Shown piece after piece: positions 9,497 to 17,751 of a DNA stretch of 64,000 nt. The notes beneath the pieces are model-generated. The model saw only the letters and a list, made by a program, of their open reading frames with translations, ran no database searches and was not told where the DNA came from. Numbering within the stretch: position 1 is the stretch's first letter; the number at the start of each line of letters is the position of its first letter. The translations under genes and the position numbers were made by a program. Source of the stretch: an uncultured Erythrobacteraceae bacterium (GTDB taxonomy: Bacteria; Pseudomonadota; Alphaproteobacteria; Sphingomonadales; Sphingomonadaceae); assembly GCA_966251025.1 (NCBI GenBank), contig CBINJM010000004.1, positions 91,907 to 155,906 of the forward strand, written 5' to 3'.

Positions 9497-10190
9497 TGAC
9501 GAGCCGCTCGCCATCGAGCGGATGCAGGTGCTGTGCGCTGAGATTGACCAGCTTCAGGTCGTGGGCACCGCCAGCGACGGCGAGGCGGCCTTGCGGCTCG
9601 CTGACAAGCTGAAGCCCGATCTGCTGCTGCTCGACATGACGATGCCCGGAATGGATGGGCTGACCGTCGCGAGGCAGCTCGCCCGGCGGGAGCGTGCGCC
9701 GGGTGTGATCTTCATCACCGCGCACGAGGAATTCGCGGTGCAGGCCTTCGACATCGACGCGGTGGACTACGTGCTCAAGCCGGTCGCCGCAGAGCGGCTG
9801 GAACGGGCGGTGGATCGCGCTCTCGCCCGGCATGAGCGCGGCACGAGCAGCAATGAAGCCTGGCTGACGGAGTTCTGGGTGCCGCACCGTTCAGAGCTGC
9901 TGCGGATCGAGGCCTCGCAGGTGGAGCGGATCGATGCGGAGCGCGACTATGTGCGCCTGCATGTCGGGGATCGCAGCCATCTTCTGCTGCAGACCATCGC
10001 CGGGCTGGAGGGGCGGCTGGATCCGGAACGGTTCATCCGCATCCATCGCTCGACGATCCTGCGGCGTGACCGGATTCGTGGGCTGCGCCACGAAGGGCTT
10101 GGCGTCTGGTGCGCAGAGCTCGTGGATGGCGAGACGCTGCGGATCGGGCGCACCTATCTGCGCAAGGTCAAGGCGATGGCCGGCCGCTGA
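9456..10190 (+). CDS. LytTR-family response regulator
   Basis: 244-aa ORF with a REC domain (TLIVDDEPLAIERM...DLLLLDMTMPGMDG...) and a C-terminal LytTR DNA-binding domain (...IDAERDYVRLHV...FIRIHRSTILRRDRI...). Confidence 0.85.
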   Translation: MSKADGALRTLIVDDEPLAIERMQVLCAEIDQLQVVGTASDGEAALRLADKLKPDLLLLDMTMPGMDGLTVARQLARRERAPGVIFITAHEEFAVQAFDIDAVDYVLKPVAAERLERAVDRALARHERGTSSNEAWLTEFWVPHRSELLRIEASQVERIDAERDYVRLHVGDRSHLLLQTIAGLEGRLDPERFIRIHRSTILRRDRIRGLRHEGLGVWCAELVDGETLRIGRTYLRKVKAMAGR

Positions 10191-10224
10191 GCCTGTCTGC
10201 GTCGCGGGTGCGGCTCCCTGCAAG

Positions 10225-10252
10225 GAAAAGGGCGCCTCTATGTGGGCGCCCT
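10225..10252 (-). terminator. rho-independent terminator downstream of the UrcA-like gene (possibly bidirectional)
   Basis: The 8-bp stem AGGGCGCC/GGCGCCCT (10229-10236 / 10245-10252) has an 8-nt loop. On the minus strand it is followed by TTTTCC. On the plus strand the tail is the weaker TGGGGTTT. Confidence 0.55.
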
Positions 10253-10282
10253 TGGGGTTTCGACAGGACGGCAGCTGAAGGG

Positions 10283-10600
10283 TCAGCCGCCAAGGAACGG
10301 CCGATTGGCGATCACCTCCGCTACAAGCAGCTGCCCCTGCCGGCGAGCGTCGCGATAGCACTGACTCTCCGCCCGCGGCGCCCTGCGCGCCTCGGAGGGG
10401 TCCTGCTGGCAGATCAGCCAGGCGGCCCGGTTCACCCGCCGCTGCAACTCGGCTTGCCCCTCGGGGGTCAGCAGGTCGAGATCGGCATAGGAGACGCGAT
10501 GGCTGGAGGTGGTGGGCTGCGCCATTTCGGCGGACGCGGGGGTGGTGAGGCCAAGGGCGCCGATCGCGGCGGCCAGGATGGCGGCGGTCTTGATGGTCAT
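10283..10600 (-). CDS. UrcA family protein (small secreted)
   Basis: 105-aa ORF with a signal peptide, then ...VSYADLDLLTPEGQAELQRRVNRAAWLICQ... with conserved Cys, the UrcA-family pattern. A strong SD (GGAGGAGG) precedes the ATG. Confidence 0.65.
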   Translation of the reverse strand: MTIKTAAILAAAIGALGLTTPASAEMAQPTTSSHRVSYADLDLLTPEGQAELQRRVNRAAWLICQQDPSEARRAPRAESQCYRDARRQGQLLVAEVIANRPFLGG

Positions 10601-10820
10601 GATCGGTTCCTCCTCCTTGAACAGTGCGTCACGGTCCGTCGGGACTGCTGAGGACCGTGGCGCAAGAAGAGGAATACGCCGGCAAACCCATCTCCGCGCG
10701 TCGCTTTCGGCAGGAATCCGCTGTGCTCCGACGAGCGAATTCGTTCACTGACGAACTGTTATGGCCGGCGGGCGAACCGCCATCTGCAACCGACGAGCGA
10801 CTTGCCGGTTCAACCGACGA

Positions 10821-11081
10821 ATGGCTTTGATAGCGACCTTCCTGCTCGGCATTGCCAATTTCGCCATGCACCAGGCGGTGCTGCGCAGCCGGCCTCCGGT
10901 CGTCGACAAGCTGCCGCTGGTGAGGATGGGGGCGCGGGTGAGCCTCGGCGCGGAATTCGCGGTGCTCCTCGGCGCGATGTTGCTGGTCGGCAATGGCTAT
11001 GGAGGCTGGGCCTGGTTCTATGCCGGGTACAGCGCGCTGAACGCGCTCGCCGCCTGGCTGATCATTTCGCGCCGCATCTGA
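10821..11081 (+). CDS. hypothetical small membrane protein
   Basis: The ATG at 10821 gives 86 aa with three hydrophobic helices (MALIATFLLGIANFAMH...). The stop codon overlaps the next gene's ATG (TGATG). A start at 10761 is also possible. Confidence 0.45.
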   Translation: MALIATFLLGIANFAMHQAVLRSRPPVVDKLPLVRMGARVSLGAEFAVLLGAMLLVGNGYGGWAWFYAGYSALNALAAWLIISRRI

Positions 11082-11989
11082 TGGGAAGATCTGTTGGGAA
11101 CTGGGGCCGCGGGATGAGCGCTGTGCGGTTCATGGAAGCAACGCGTCGCATCTGGCTGGTGAACAACGCCTCCAGCGGCAGCAACGATGACCAGGCCTTG
11201 CTCGCGCTGGAGGAATGCTGCGGCCGGAACGGCTTCCGCGTCGCTCATCGCACCAGCTTCCCGGCTCAGGAGCTGCCCACGCCGGCGGTGCTCGACGCCG
11301 CCGGGATCGACCGCGTGGCGGTTTTTGCCGGTGACGGTACGGTCAACTCGCTGCTGACGGAGCTGTCGGGCTGGGGCGGGGCGGTGCTCGTCCTGCCTGG
11401 CGGGACCATGAACCTGCTGTTCCACCGCCTGCATGGCGACCGGCCGATGGAGCAGGTGGTTGAGGCCGCCGCTTCCGGCAGGAGCGTCATGCGCCGCCCC
11501 GCGATCATCCGCTGTGACTATGGCGATGCCTATGCCGGGCTGCTGGCAGGGCCGGGCACCAGCTGGAACCAGGTGCGCGAGGCGATGCGCAAGACGGACA
11601 TCGCGGACATGGCGGGAAGCACCGTCGCCGCCATCCAGGAAACGCTTGGGGGCGAGATGATCGCCTGTGTGGAGCCGCCGCTCGGCCGGCAAGAGGGGTA
11701 TCCCCTGCTGGAGATGGAGCCCACAGAGGACGGCATCGAAATCGCAGCCTATCACTCGGAAAGCCCCGGCGAATATCTTGAGCAGGGCCTTGCTCTGTTG
11801 AAGCGCAACTTCCGCGAAGGCCCTCACGAGATTCTGGGCCGGCCCCGGAAGCTCCGCGTCGCCAGCACCCAGGGTCACCCGTTCGGCATGCTGATCGATG
11901 GCGAACCTGCCGGAGCTGCGCCGAGCGTCGAATTCACGCTGGTCACATGCGAGGTGGACCTGATAGCGACCGAGGTCGATGGCATCTGA
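11081..11989 (+). CDS. diacylglycerol/lipid kinase catalytic-domain (DAGK_cat, YegS/LCB5-like) protein
   Basis: Motifs ...IWLVNNASSGSND..., ...VAVFAGDGTVNSLL... (a GGDGT-like loop) and ...VLPGGTMNLLF... are present. The start is taken at the ATG overlapping the upstream stop, and 11114 is an alternative. Confidence 0.65.
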   Translation: MGRSVGNWGRGMSAVRFMEATRRIWLVNNASSGSNDDQALLALEECCGRNGFRVAHRTSFPAQELPTPAVLDAAGIDRVAVFAGDGTVNSLLTELSGWGGAVLVLPGGTMNLLFHRLHGDRPMEQVVEAAASGRSVMRRPAIIRCDYGDAYAGLLAGPGTSWNQVREAMRKTDIADMAGSTVAAIQETLGGEMIACVEPPLGRQEGYPLLEMEPTEDGIEIAAYHSESPGEYLEQGLALLKRNFREGPHEILGRPRKLRVASTQGHPFGMLIDGEPAGAAPSVEFTLVTCEVDLIATEVDGI

Positions 11990-12836
11990 CACGCTGCTCT
12001 TCCACCTCAGCGACATCCATTTCGGGCTGGAGGACAACCGCGCGCTCGATTGGGTGAAGCAGGAGATTGCCGAACAGCGCCCCGACGCGGTGGCGATCAC
12101 CGGGGACCTGACGATGCGGGCCCGCAGCCATGAATTCGCCGCCGCCTGCCGCTGGATCCAGTCGCTGGACGTGCCGGTGACGGTGGAGGTGGGCAATCAC
12201 GACCTGCCCTATTTCAACCTGATCGAGCGCTTCTTCACACCCTACAAGCGGTTCCGGGCGATCGAGAACCTGATCGAGCGGGAGATCGACCTGCCCGGCA
12301 TCGCCATCGTGCCGCTGAAGACGGCGGTGCGGGCCCAGCCACGCTTCAACTGGTCCAAGGGCTGGATCACCGATGCCGCGCTGAGGAAGTGTCTGGCCGC
12401 CATCGACGCCCTGCCGCCCGGTGTGCAGGCCCTCGTCGCGGTCCACCATCCGCTGCGCGAAGTCGGCACCCATGGCACCGCGCTGACCCATGGCGGCAAA
12501 AAGGCTCTGACGGAGCTGGCCCGTCGGCCGGTGCTCGGCGTCCTGAGCGGGCATGTGCACGACGCCTTCGATCTGACCGAGCAGACGCCTCAGGGCTCTG
12601 TGCGGATGATCGGCGCCGGCACCCTTTCGCAGCGCGTCCGTTCCACCCCGTGCAGCTTCAACGAGCTTCGCTGGGATGGAACGACGCTGAAGGTCTGCGT
12701 CCGAAATCTCCAAAATGTCGAGACTGAGGACATGCAGATCGACGACGTGCCGGAGAACGCCCTTCCGCCGCGTGAGCCCGGGGAGCCCGTCGCCCCGGTG
12801 AACCAGGTGCCGAGGACCGATCCTCCGGTTCACTGA
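11979..12836 (+). CDS. metallophosphoesterase
   Basis: 285-aa ORF with the calcineurin-like motifs HLSDIHFG, ITGDLT, GNHD, VHHP and GHVHD. It overlaps the upstream gene by 11 nt. Confidence 0.8.
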   Translation: MASDTLLFHLSDIHFGLEDNRALDWVKQEIAEQRPDAVAITGDLTMRARSHEFAAACRWIQSLDVPVTVEVGNHDLPYFNLIERFFTPYKRFRAIENLIEREIDLPGIAIVPLKTAVRAQPRFNWSKGWITDAALRKCLAAIDALPPGVQALVAVHHPLREVGTHGTALTHGGKKALTELARRPVLGVLSGHVHDAFDLTEQTPQGSVRMIGAGTLSQRVRSTPCSFNELRWDGTTLKVCVRNLQNVETEDMQIDDVPENALPPREPGEPVAPVNQVPRTDPPVH

Positions 12837-12952
12837 ACTGCCGGGCGCCGGCATGTTGCAGGTGCTCACAATGGCTTCCCGCTGCTCCGACACGGCGCTA
12901 CCGCTGACGGCAGTCGCCGCATGTGTCCGGCGGCTTTGCCAGAGGAGGCTTC

Positions 12953-13573
12953 ATGCAGATCGCCGTGTTGACGTTCGAAGGGTTCAATGAACTGGACTCG
13001 TTCGTTGCGGCAGCCATCCTCAACCGCATGAAGGCACAGGGCTGGGCAGCCCACATCACTTCGCCGACCCCGCAGGTGACCTCGATGAACGGCGTCACCG
13101 TCCAGCGTCAGAAGCCTCTGGAGTTCGCGGCGGAAGCGGATGCCGTCCTGATCGGCAGCGGCATTAAGACCCGCGAGATCGCTTCCGATGCGGACCTGCT
13201 CTCCCGCATCAGGCTGGACCCGTCGCGCCAGCTCATCGGGGCGCAGTGCTCGGGCACCTTGCTGCTGGCGAAGCTCGGCCTTGTGGGTGATCTGCCGGCC
13301 TGCACCGATCTCACCACCAAGCCCTGGGTGATCGAGGCGGGCGTGGAGGTGATCGACGCGCCCTTCATCGCGCACGGCAACATCGCGACCGCCGGCGGCT
13401 GCCTCGCCTCGCAATATCTCGCCACCTGGATGATCGCGCGCGGTGCCTCGATGCGCGATGCTGAGGAGGCGATGCACTACGTCGCTCCGGTGGGCGAGAA
13501 GGCGCTGTACGTCGATCAAGCCCTATCGGTGGTTGCGCCCTTCATCGCGCAGGAAGCCGCTGTTCCGGCATAG
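12953..13573 (+). CDS. DJ-1/PfpI family protein
   Basis: MQIAVLTFEGFNELDSF...LIGAQCSGTLLLAKLGL... shows the nucleophile-elbow Cys context. The ATG at 12953 is preceded by AGGAGG (12943-12948). Confidence 0.8.
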   Translation: MQIAVLTFEGFNELDSFVAAAILNRMKAQGWAAHITSPTPQVTSMNGVTVQRQKPLEFAAEADAVLIGSGIKTREIASDADLLSRIRLDPSRQLIGAQCSGTLLLAKLGLVGDLPACTDLTTKPWVIEAGVEVIDAPFIAHGNIATAGGCLASQYLATWMIARGASMRDAEEAMHYVAPVGEKALYVDQALSVVAPFIAQEAAVPA

Positions 13574-13865
13574 AAATGTCGGCGGGGGAGCCGGGCTCCC
13601 TTTCGGCTCAAGCAGTCCAGTGGCCCGGCCCCCACCTTTCCTACACGACTCCTGCTCGCCAGACTCTGCTTGGCTCTTTTGCAACGTGTGGCGAAATCGA
13701 AAGCGAGTTGGCGAAGTGTCAAGTGTCGCTTCCATCGGAATTCGTAAGGAAGACAGACGCTTGGAGCGATTCCGGCTGCTTGACAGGGTGTCAACTTTGT
13801 CAAGTTAAGGGCAGGCTTGTCGCGCCTGCAGGCCCCTGGCGCGCAAACTGAAAGGGCCGCGCAAA

Positions 13866-13893
13866 CAAAAAGGGCGGCCCCGCAGGACCGCCC
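13866..13893 (-). terminator. rho-independent terminator of rplM-rpsI
   Basis: On the minus strand GGGCGG-N10-CCGCCC is followed by TTTTTGTTTG, 28 nt after the rpsI stop. An alternative pairing GGGCCGC/GCGGCCC overlaps it. Confidence 0.75.
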
Positions 13894-13920
13894 TTCTGGT
13901 GTTCGAATGAAGCGACGAGA

Positions 13921-14451
13921 TTAGCGCTTCGAGAACTGGAAGCTCCGGCGGGCCTTGGCGCGGCCGTACTTCTTGCGCTCGACGACGCGCGGGTCGCGGG
14001 TCAGGAAGCCGGCGGCCTTGACCGAGCTGCGCAGCGCAGGCTCGAACTTGGACAGCGCCTGGGCGATGCCGTGCTTGACCGCGCCGGCCTGGCCGGAGAG
14101 GCCGCCGCCCTTGACGGTGCAGATCACGTCGTACTGGCCTTCGCGGTCCGAAACCTGGAAGGGCTGGTTGATCACCAGACGCAGCGACGGGCGGGCGAAG
14201 TAGACTTCCTGGTCGCGGCCGTTGACGGTGATCGTGCCCTTGCCGGGCTTGATCCACACGCGGGCAACGGCGTCCTTGCGGCGGCCGGTGGCATAGGCAC
14301 GGCCCTGCGCGTCGAGCTCCTGCTCGCGCAGCGGGGCGGCGGGGCCGGTGCGAACGACTGGCGCTTCGCCCTCAGGAGCGACGGCGCCGGCAGCGTCGGT
14401 GATGTTCTTCAGGTCCGCGAGATCGGACACGGTGTCGGTGGTCTCGGCCAT
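13921..14451 (-). CDS. rpsI: 30S ribosomal protein S9
   Basis: 176-aa ORF ending ...[19 protein letters not shown]...[25 protein letters not shown]. It has the N-terminal extension typical of alphaproteobacteria. Confidence 0.95.
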   Translation of the reverse strand: MAETTDTVSDLADLKNITDAAGAVAPEGEAPVVRTGPAAPLREQELDAQGRAYATGRRKDAVARVWIKPGKGTITVNGRDQEVYFARPSLRLVINQPFQVSDREGQYDVICTVKGGGLSGQAGAVKHGIAQALSKFEPALRSSVKAAGFLTRDPRVVERKKYGRAKARRSFQFSKR

Positions 14452-14453
14452 GG

Positions 14454-14933
14454 TTACGCGCCAACCTTGTTCTTGCGGTTCATCGAAGCGACGTCGAGCG
14501 TCTCGGGCTGCTGGCCCGAATGCGGATGCTCGGTGCCGGCATAGAGGTGCAGCGCCTTCATCTGCTGACGTCCGAGCGGGCCGCGCGGGATCATGCGCTC
14601 AACCGCCTTCTCCATCACGCGCTCCGGAAAGCGGCCGTCCAGCACCTTGTCGGCCGTCACAGCCTTGATGCCGCCCGCATAGCCGGTGTGCTTGTAATAG
14701 GTCTTCTCGCCGCGCTTGTTGCCGGTGAAGCGAACCTTGTCGACATTGAGGACGATCACGTGATCGCCGCAATCGACATGCGGGGTGTAGCTCGGCTTGT
14801 GCTTGCCGCGCAGGATATTGGCCACGATCGTGGCGAGGCGGCCGACGACCAGCCCCTCCGCATCGATCAGGTGCCATTTCTTTTCGACCTCGGCCGGCTT
14901 GATCGACCGGGTCTGCTTGCTGAGCGCCTTCAT
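14454..14933 (-). CDS. rplM: 50S ribosomal protein L13
   Basis: 159-aa ORF ...[46 protein letters not shown]... Confidence 0.95.
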   Translation of the reverse strand: MKALSKQTRSIKPAEVEKKWHLIDAEGLVVGRLATIVANILRGKHKPSYTPHVDCGDHVIVLNVDKVRFTGNKRGEKTYYKHTGYAGGIKAVTADKVLDGRFPERVMEKAVERMIPRGPLGRQQMKALHLYAGTEHPHSGQQPETLDVASMNRKNKVGA

Positions 14934-15096
14934 GGCTGCTGGTGTCCTCGAGCTTCGTGCGAAGTGGTCATCGCGCTGCTGCCGGAATCACCTTCCGGAG
15001 CCGCGAAGTGCGCGCATTTGTGCGGGAAGGGCCGCAAAGTCAAGCAAAACGGGGGTTTTGCGGGAAGGTAAAATAATACCGCCGCGGTTTTCGGCG

Positions 15097-15828
15097 TCAG
15101 AGCCGAGGTACCAATGTCCAGCTTTCCAGCGTCCGCCGCAGGCTGCCGTCGAACCGGGTGACCACCTCTCGGCGCGCGCTGCGCATCAGCCCGGTCGTCG
15201 GCTCGGTCTCGGCGGTATAGGCCACCGTCACCACGCCCTCAGCCCCACCGGGAAGGGTCAGCGTCCGGGATTCGCTGCTTTGCTCCCCCGCCGGAACGAA
15301 CAGGTCCTGCGGCAATTCGGTCAGCAGTTCGGCGGCATTGGCGTGGACCGCCCTGACAAAGCGCGTCAGCTCCGCCTTGTCGGTCTCCGGCACCTTCATG
15401 CCGGCAATCCGCCGCAGCACCTCGTGCACGGCCTGGTCCAGCCGCGGTGGTGCGGGATCCTCGATGTCTCCTGCAATCAGGCCATGCCGGTCCAGCAGAA
15501 GCGGAAACAGCGCCCGCTCGCGCCGTTCGCGCTCCATGGCCGCGAAGGGTGCCAGCGACTCGGGCGCCTCAACTTCCACGGAGACCTGCTCCCCCTCCAC
15601 CCGGTAGCCGCGAGGCTCCTCCTCGAAGCGGATGGCGAAGCTCCGGCTCACGGTGAAACGCGCATCGCCCGGCAGGCTGCGCTCTATCCGCCTCGTATAG
15701 AGCATTGGCTCATGGGGGGGCGTGAAGACCTTGTCCTGTGCCCTCACAATCCGGGGCGATGCACTGAAGGCGGGCAGCAGCAGCGCCGCGGCGGCCGCGC
15801 GCAGCAGATGCCGGCGATCATGCCCCAT
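15097..15828 (-). CDS. hypothetical exported protein (Tat-like signal)
   Basis: 243-aa ORF whose N-terminus MGHDRRHLLRAAAAALLLPAFSA looks like a twin-arginine signal. I recognise no family. The start overlaps the cutA 3' end by 11 nt, suggesting co-transcription with ctaA-cutA. Confidence 0.5.
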   Translation of the reverse strand: MGHDRRHLLRAAAAALLLPAFSASPRIVRAQDKVFTPPHEPMLYTRRIERSLPGDARFTVSRSFAIRFEEEPRGYRVEGEQVSVEVEAPESLAPFAAMERERRERALFPLLLDRHGLIAGDIEDPAPPRLDQAVHEVLRRIAGMKVPETDKAELTRFVRAVHANAAELLTELPQDLFVPAGEQSSESRTLTLPGGAEGVVTVAYTAETEPTTGLMRSARREVVTRFDGSLRRTLESWTLVPRL

Positions 15829-16189
15829 GCAGACGCCCCTCTCTCAAGACCAGCTCGCCTAGCCAGTCGGCGGTCGCAGGGCTTGCGGCATCCACCTTCC
15901 AGCCGAGGGCCGCCGGCGTGTCGTAGGGATGAATTTCAATGAGACGCTGTGTTGCCCGGTGCAGCAATGCCGCGTCGGTCTTGAACAGCACGCCGACCTC
16001 TGCCGCCTCCCCTCGCTCGCCCTGCCAGCGATAGAGCGAGCGCATCGGCGGCAGGATATTGGCGCAGGCGACCAGCCCCTCGTCCAGCAGGTGATCGGCA
16101 GCCCGTGCGGCGCTATCGGCATCGGCAAAGGGGCACCAGATGAGCGCAGGCCCTTCCGAAGAGGGCGGCCCAGAGGTGGGTGAGATCAC
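15818..16189 (-). CDS. cutA: divalent-cation tolerance protein CutA
   Basis: The C-terminal ~105 aa read ...LIWCPFADADSAARAADHLLDEGLVACANILPPMRSLYRWQGERGEAAEVGVLFKT...HPYDTPA... I propose the GTG at 16189, which forms a GTGA overlap with the ctaA stop. The longer ORF to 16420 would lie inside ctaA. Confidence 0.7.
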   Translation of the reverse strand: MISPTSGPPSSEGPALIWCPFADADSAARAADHLLDEGLVACANILPPMRSLYRWQGERGEAAEVGVLFKTDAALLHRATQRLIEIHPYDTPAALGWKVDAASPATADWLGELVLREGRLHGA

Positions 16190-17250
16190 CCCCGCCTCCC
16201 CAGCGAGTGGGCACCCCAGGCAGTCGCAGCGACCAGCAGCGCGCCGACCAGCTGGTGCAGCACTGCCAGCCACAACGCCACGCCGGTAAGCACGGTCGCA
16301 ATGCCCAGCAGCACCTGCGTACCGAACGCGACGTGAATCGCGATCGACGCCTGCCTGTCGCCCATGCGCTTCACCGCCCGCGCCAGCAGCACCAGCGCCG
16401 CGACCGCGGCCCACGCCCACCAGCGATGGAGGAAGTGCAGCAGGAACGGCTCATGCGCCATCGCCCAGAGCACGCCCTTGGACCAGTCGACCTGGGGGAA
16501 GAAGCGCTCTTGCATCAGCGGCCATGTGTCGGATGCGAGCCCGGCATTGAGCCCGGCGACCCAGGCGCCGAGCAGCAATTGCACGAACAGCACGCCCCCT
16601 GCAGCCGCTGCGAGCGGCGTGAGGCGCGCTGGCCTGGCACTCGCCCGCTCTTGCAGCGCCATCAGGTCCAGCGCGGTCCAGACCAGCCCCGCCAGCGTGA
16701 ACAAGGCGGTCAGCAGGTGGATCGAAAGCCAGAAATGGCTGACATCGGTCGACTCGCCGGTGAGGCCGGACCGCACCATGTACCAGCCGAAGACACCCTG
16801 CAGGCCGCCAAGGGCCAGCAGCGCCAGAAGCCGCGGCTTGTACCCTGCCGGGATCGCGCCTCTTGCCCAGAACCACGCCAGCGGCAGCGCGAAGGCAAGG
16901 CCGATCACACGGCCCAGCAGCCGGTGGAGCCATTCCCAGAAATAGATGAACTTGTAGTCCTCAAGCGTCATCCCGGCCGGGCCGTTGACCTGCACGTACT
17001 CGGGAATCTGCTGATAGGCGGCGAACTCCGCCTCCCACTGATCCTCGGTCAGGGGCGGGATCGCGCCTGTGACCGGCTTCCATTCGGTGATGGAGAGACC
17101 GCTCTCCGTGAGTCGGGTGATGCCGCCGACGGCGACGATCAGCACGACCAAAAGGGCGACGACCAGCAGCCATCTCGCGACGGCGGCCGGGCGCGCCTGC
17201 CCTGCGCGTGGAGGCATATCCTCCGCCAAGCGTGTAGTTTGCGCGACCAT
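16186..17250 (-). CDS. ctaA: heme A synthase (COX15/CtaA)
   Basis: 354-aa polytopic ORF (...GGITRLTESGLSITEWKPVTGAIPPL...WLHRLLGRVIG...HQLVGALLVA...) with the conserved His pairs of CtaA. Confidence 0.85.
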   Translation of the reverse strand: MVAQTTRLAEDMPPRAGQARPAAVARWLLVVALLVVLIVAVGGITRLTESGLSITEWKPVTGAIPPLTEDQWEAEFAAYQQIPEYVQVNGPAGMTLEDYKFIYFWEWLHRLLGRVIGLAFALPLAWFWARGAIPAGYKPRLLALLALGGLQGVFGWYMVRSGLTGESTDVSHFWLSIHLLTALFTLAGLVWTALDLMALQERASARPARLTPLAAAAGGVLFVQLLLGAWVAGLNAGLASDTWPLMQERFFPQVDWSKGVLWAMAHEPFLLHFLHRWWAWAAVAALVLLARAVKRMGDRQASIAIHVAFGTQVLLGIATVLTGVALWLAVLHQLVGALLVAATAWGAHSLGRRG

Positions 17251-17339
17251 TTGAAACGCGCTCTGCGCCCCCTGTGGACAAATCGCAAGAGGGAGCCGGA
17301 AACAGAAAGCCCCTTGCGAAATGATATAAGGTTACATAG

Positions 17340-17729
17340 ATGGCGTTCATGGCCATCACCTCTCCCCGCTTGCGTGCGCGACTCGACGGGCTCGGCGTCT
17401 TGTTGTCCGGCCTCTGCGCGGTTCACTGCATCGCCGGCATCATTGTCGTCGCGGGGCTGGGGCTGGGTGGCGGCTTGCTGCTCGCCCCGGAAATCCATCG
17501 CGTGGGGCTGGTGCTGGCGACGATTGTCGCTGCTTTCGCCATCGGTCTCGGTACGTTGCGCCACCGCCGTCCGATGCCGTCGATCGTGGCCGTAGGCGGG
17601 CTCTGCTGCATGGCGGCGGCGCTTCTCGTCGGACATGGGGTGGAAGAGGCGGTGCTGACGGTCGCCGGCGTGGTGCTGGTCGCCGCCGGGCACCTTCTCA
17701 ACCTGAGGCCCAGCTTGCCTCAGGCGTAG
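17340..17729 (+). CDS. MerC-domain membrane protein
   Basis: 129-aa ORF with four hydrophobic helices and the CAVHC motif in helix 1, like MerC-family proteins. Confidence 0.6.
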   Translation: MAFMAITSPRLRARLDGLGVLLSGLCAVHCIAGIIVVAGLGLGGGLLLAPEIHRVGLVLATIVAAFAIGLGTLRHRRPMPSIVAVGGLCCMAAALLVGHGVEEAVLTVAGVVLVAAGHLLNLRPSLPQA

Positions 17730-17751
17730 CAAGCGCTATCTCGCGCGAGAC

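Noticed and set aside
15015-15043. Candidate sigma-70 promoter for rplM-rpsI (minus strand TTGACT-N17-CAAATG)
   Set aside because: The -35 is good but the -10 is poor. Without TSS data this is not distinguishable from chance, so I did not list it as a feature.
17730-17751. Expected TPP riboswitch upstream of thiSG
   Set aside because: Only 22 nt separate the upstream ORF from thiSG. I found no CUGAGA or ACCUGAUCUGGAUAAUGCCAGCG-like core there or within the preceding gene.
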